A stretch of 60,571 nucleotides of DNA, the filler included, from Nemertoderma westbladi (taxonomy: Eukaryota; Animalia; Xenacoelomorpha), in NCBI GenBank assembly GCA_032718475.1. It is 3 parts of 3 records of this genome, joined end to end, with 100 filler letters (N's around TTAATTAATTAA, not from the genome) between each part and the next. Parts side by side here need not be neighbours in the genome. Positions count along the whole stretch, not along the records: positions 48,611 to 60,571 come from JAUCBJ010000286.1; 2 more parts are not named here. One strand, 5' to 3'. How positions within the stretch are numbered: the first letter of the stretch is position 1; every line of letters starts with the position of its first letter. Shown one piece after another: positions 60,501 through 60,571 of the stretch. A program made the position numbers and the translations under genes. The notes below the pieces were generated by a model. The model was not told where the DNA came from. It did not search any database and worked only from the letters and a program-made list of their open reading frames with translations.

Positions 60501-60571
60501 ACGCAACCGGTGACCGCGGGGGCGCGGTCGACGCAACCAGGGACCACGGGGGCGCGGTCGACGCAACTGGG
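57562..60571 (-). CDS. L2/CR1-group LINE ORF2 (APE endonuclease + RT), intact; frame open past the window edge
   Basis: NVRSL, TEVW, GGG, GDFN, TLDL, SDH (APE); NFRP, QSAYR..HSTESAL, LDLSAAFD, QGSILG, YSDD (RT); L2-type LHWLP and FK..LKT.LF. Confidence 0.93.
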   Translation of the reverse strand, partial: PVASTAPPWSLVASTAPPRSPVASTTPTRSPVALTAPLQNDEPPKEMKLEILMQNVRSLNNKVSIMKKVLCELKPHLLVMTEVWLKGNATPLRELTPNGFTQYTTTRKEKRGGGIALIMTPNLTFKPKEVFISGELCFEYILGEVGSKKGRFLLLVVYLPDSRLLNIFIDQFESLLSNICSIPIDLLILGDFNIHLNQPLETGPAKFLDLLDGFGLEQHVKEPTHILGNTLDLIITYKHGLERKQLLFKHNVQNNFISDHFLITMSLKMMVDKVQTKVVQFRNWKAVNIQTFQNMVHQMDVVDEENVDNYTDTFLSKLTNIADTLAPLQSKRVSLTWKTASSSAWYDKECLDLKQEIRRLERKMRSERNAQLKLIYKSEGRQMQQEYRKLCEGKHNSYFYDRLTSVDGPSGKWKILKEILSRQKVEILPFSTDPEDLANVFADFFHEKISNIRKGFTPVIKNTNVNDQRFSGRIMETFQPVTEAEIGQIVNGMPSKQCELDPVPMVMIKKCGNDMIRHISKAVNMSLRMGVTPSAIKEAILKPGIKKTTLDKEILKNFRPVGNIAIIGKIIEKVVDKQMRDHIIYNKLFPLLQSAYRKNHSTESALLRVQNDIAINMDNGQVTALVLLDLSAAFDTIDIDILIYRLEFVFGIQGVCLKWLKSYLSDRSYRVFINGKYSRIIRMLWGVTQGSILGVLLFILYTAPLAKLISSFGMQHHLYSDDTQVYQAIEMGGPSPMSRLEDCLAQVFTWMNKNKLEINASKTKLLLIGSRIKLQQVGEIRLEVGTDVIYPSEHERNLGVEFDSHLTARHQVNKVVSSCYMFLREFKRIRPRITVDTAKLISVALIGSKLDYCNSLYMGSPNRILRKLQLIQNAAARIVKQIPARQHITPVLKELHWLPIKSRINFKVAVLTFRALKGTVPSYLSELIKACIDNRTRQNTRAVSTNCLRVYASKTTFARRSFSYTAPAVWNALPCNLRDPGLTLDIFKTRLKTYLFNEHFNT
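60458..60571. repeat. GC-rich 30-bp tandem repeat, in frame with LINE ORF2
   Basis: GGGGCGCGGTCGACGCAACC... x~4; reads PVASTAPPWSLVASTAPPRSPVASTTPTRSPVALTAPL on the minus strand. Confidence 0.85.

Overview
AT-rich, intron-containing animal (invertebrate-like) genomic DNA. It consists of three contigs joined by artificial 100-bp spacers (44 N + TTAATTAATTAA + 44 N at 31614-31713 and 48511-48610), so adjacency across these is unproven. Host genes reconstructed by hand from GT-AG junctions: the 3' six exons of a PSD/EFA6 Sec7-PH ARF-GEF (minus, 17228-1306); an intronless TAX1BP3-like PDZ gene; a WD40 exon/ORF; five coding exons of an actin gene with a CCAAT/CArG promoter (3' exons absent); and a CCDC172-like coiled-coil gene. 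The rest is densely nested mobile DNA: CRE-clade, RTE-like, RTEX-like and L2/CR1-group non-LTR retroelements, a tRNA-derived SINE, a Crypton-like tyrosine-recombinase relic, IS3EU, hAT-, MULE-, Merlin-, Harbinger- and Tc1/mariner-like elements, two LTRs and several minisatellites. Three top candidates: (1) a DEDDy 3'-5' exonuclease ORF plus a triple zinc-knuckle ORF lying just before a purine tract and LTR, i.e. cargo in the env/ORF3 position of an LTR retroelement (48612-51208); (2) an intact CRE-type RT/endonuclease ORF enclosed by ~390-bp Tc1/mariner-like TIRs, with its start codon inside a TIR (4661-9463); (3) two inverted hAT-like copies sharing a triplicated 8-bp target site (35482-38878). 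All family assignments come from motif recognition by eye, not database searches.
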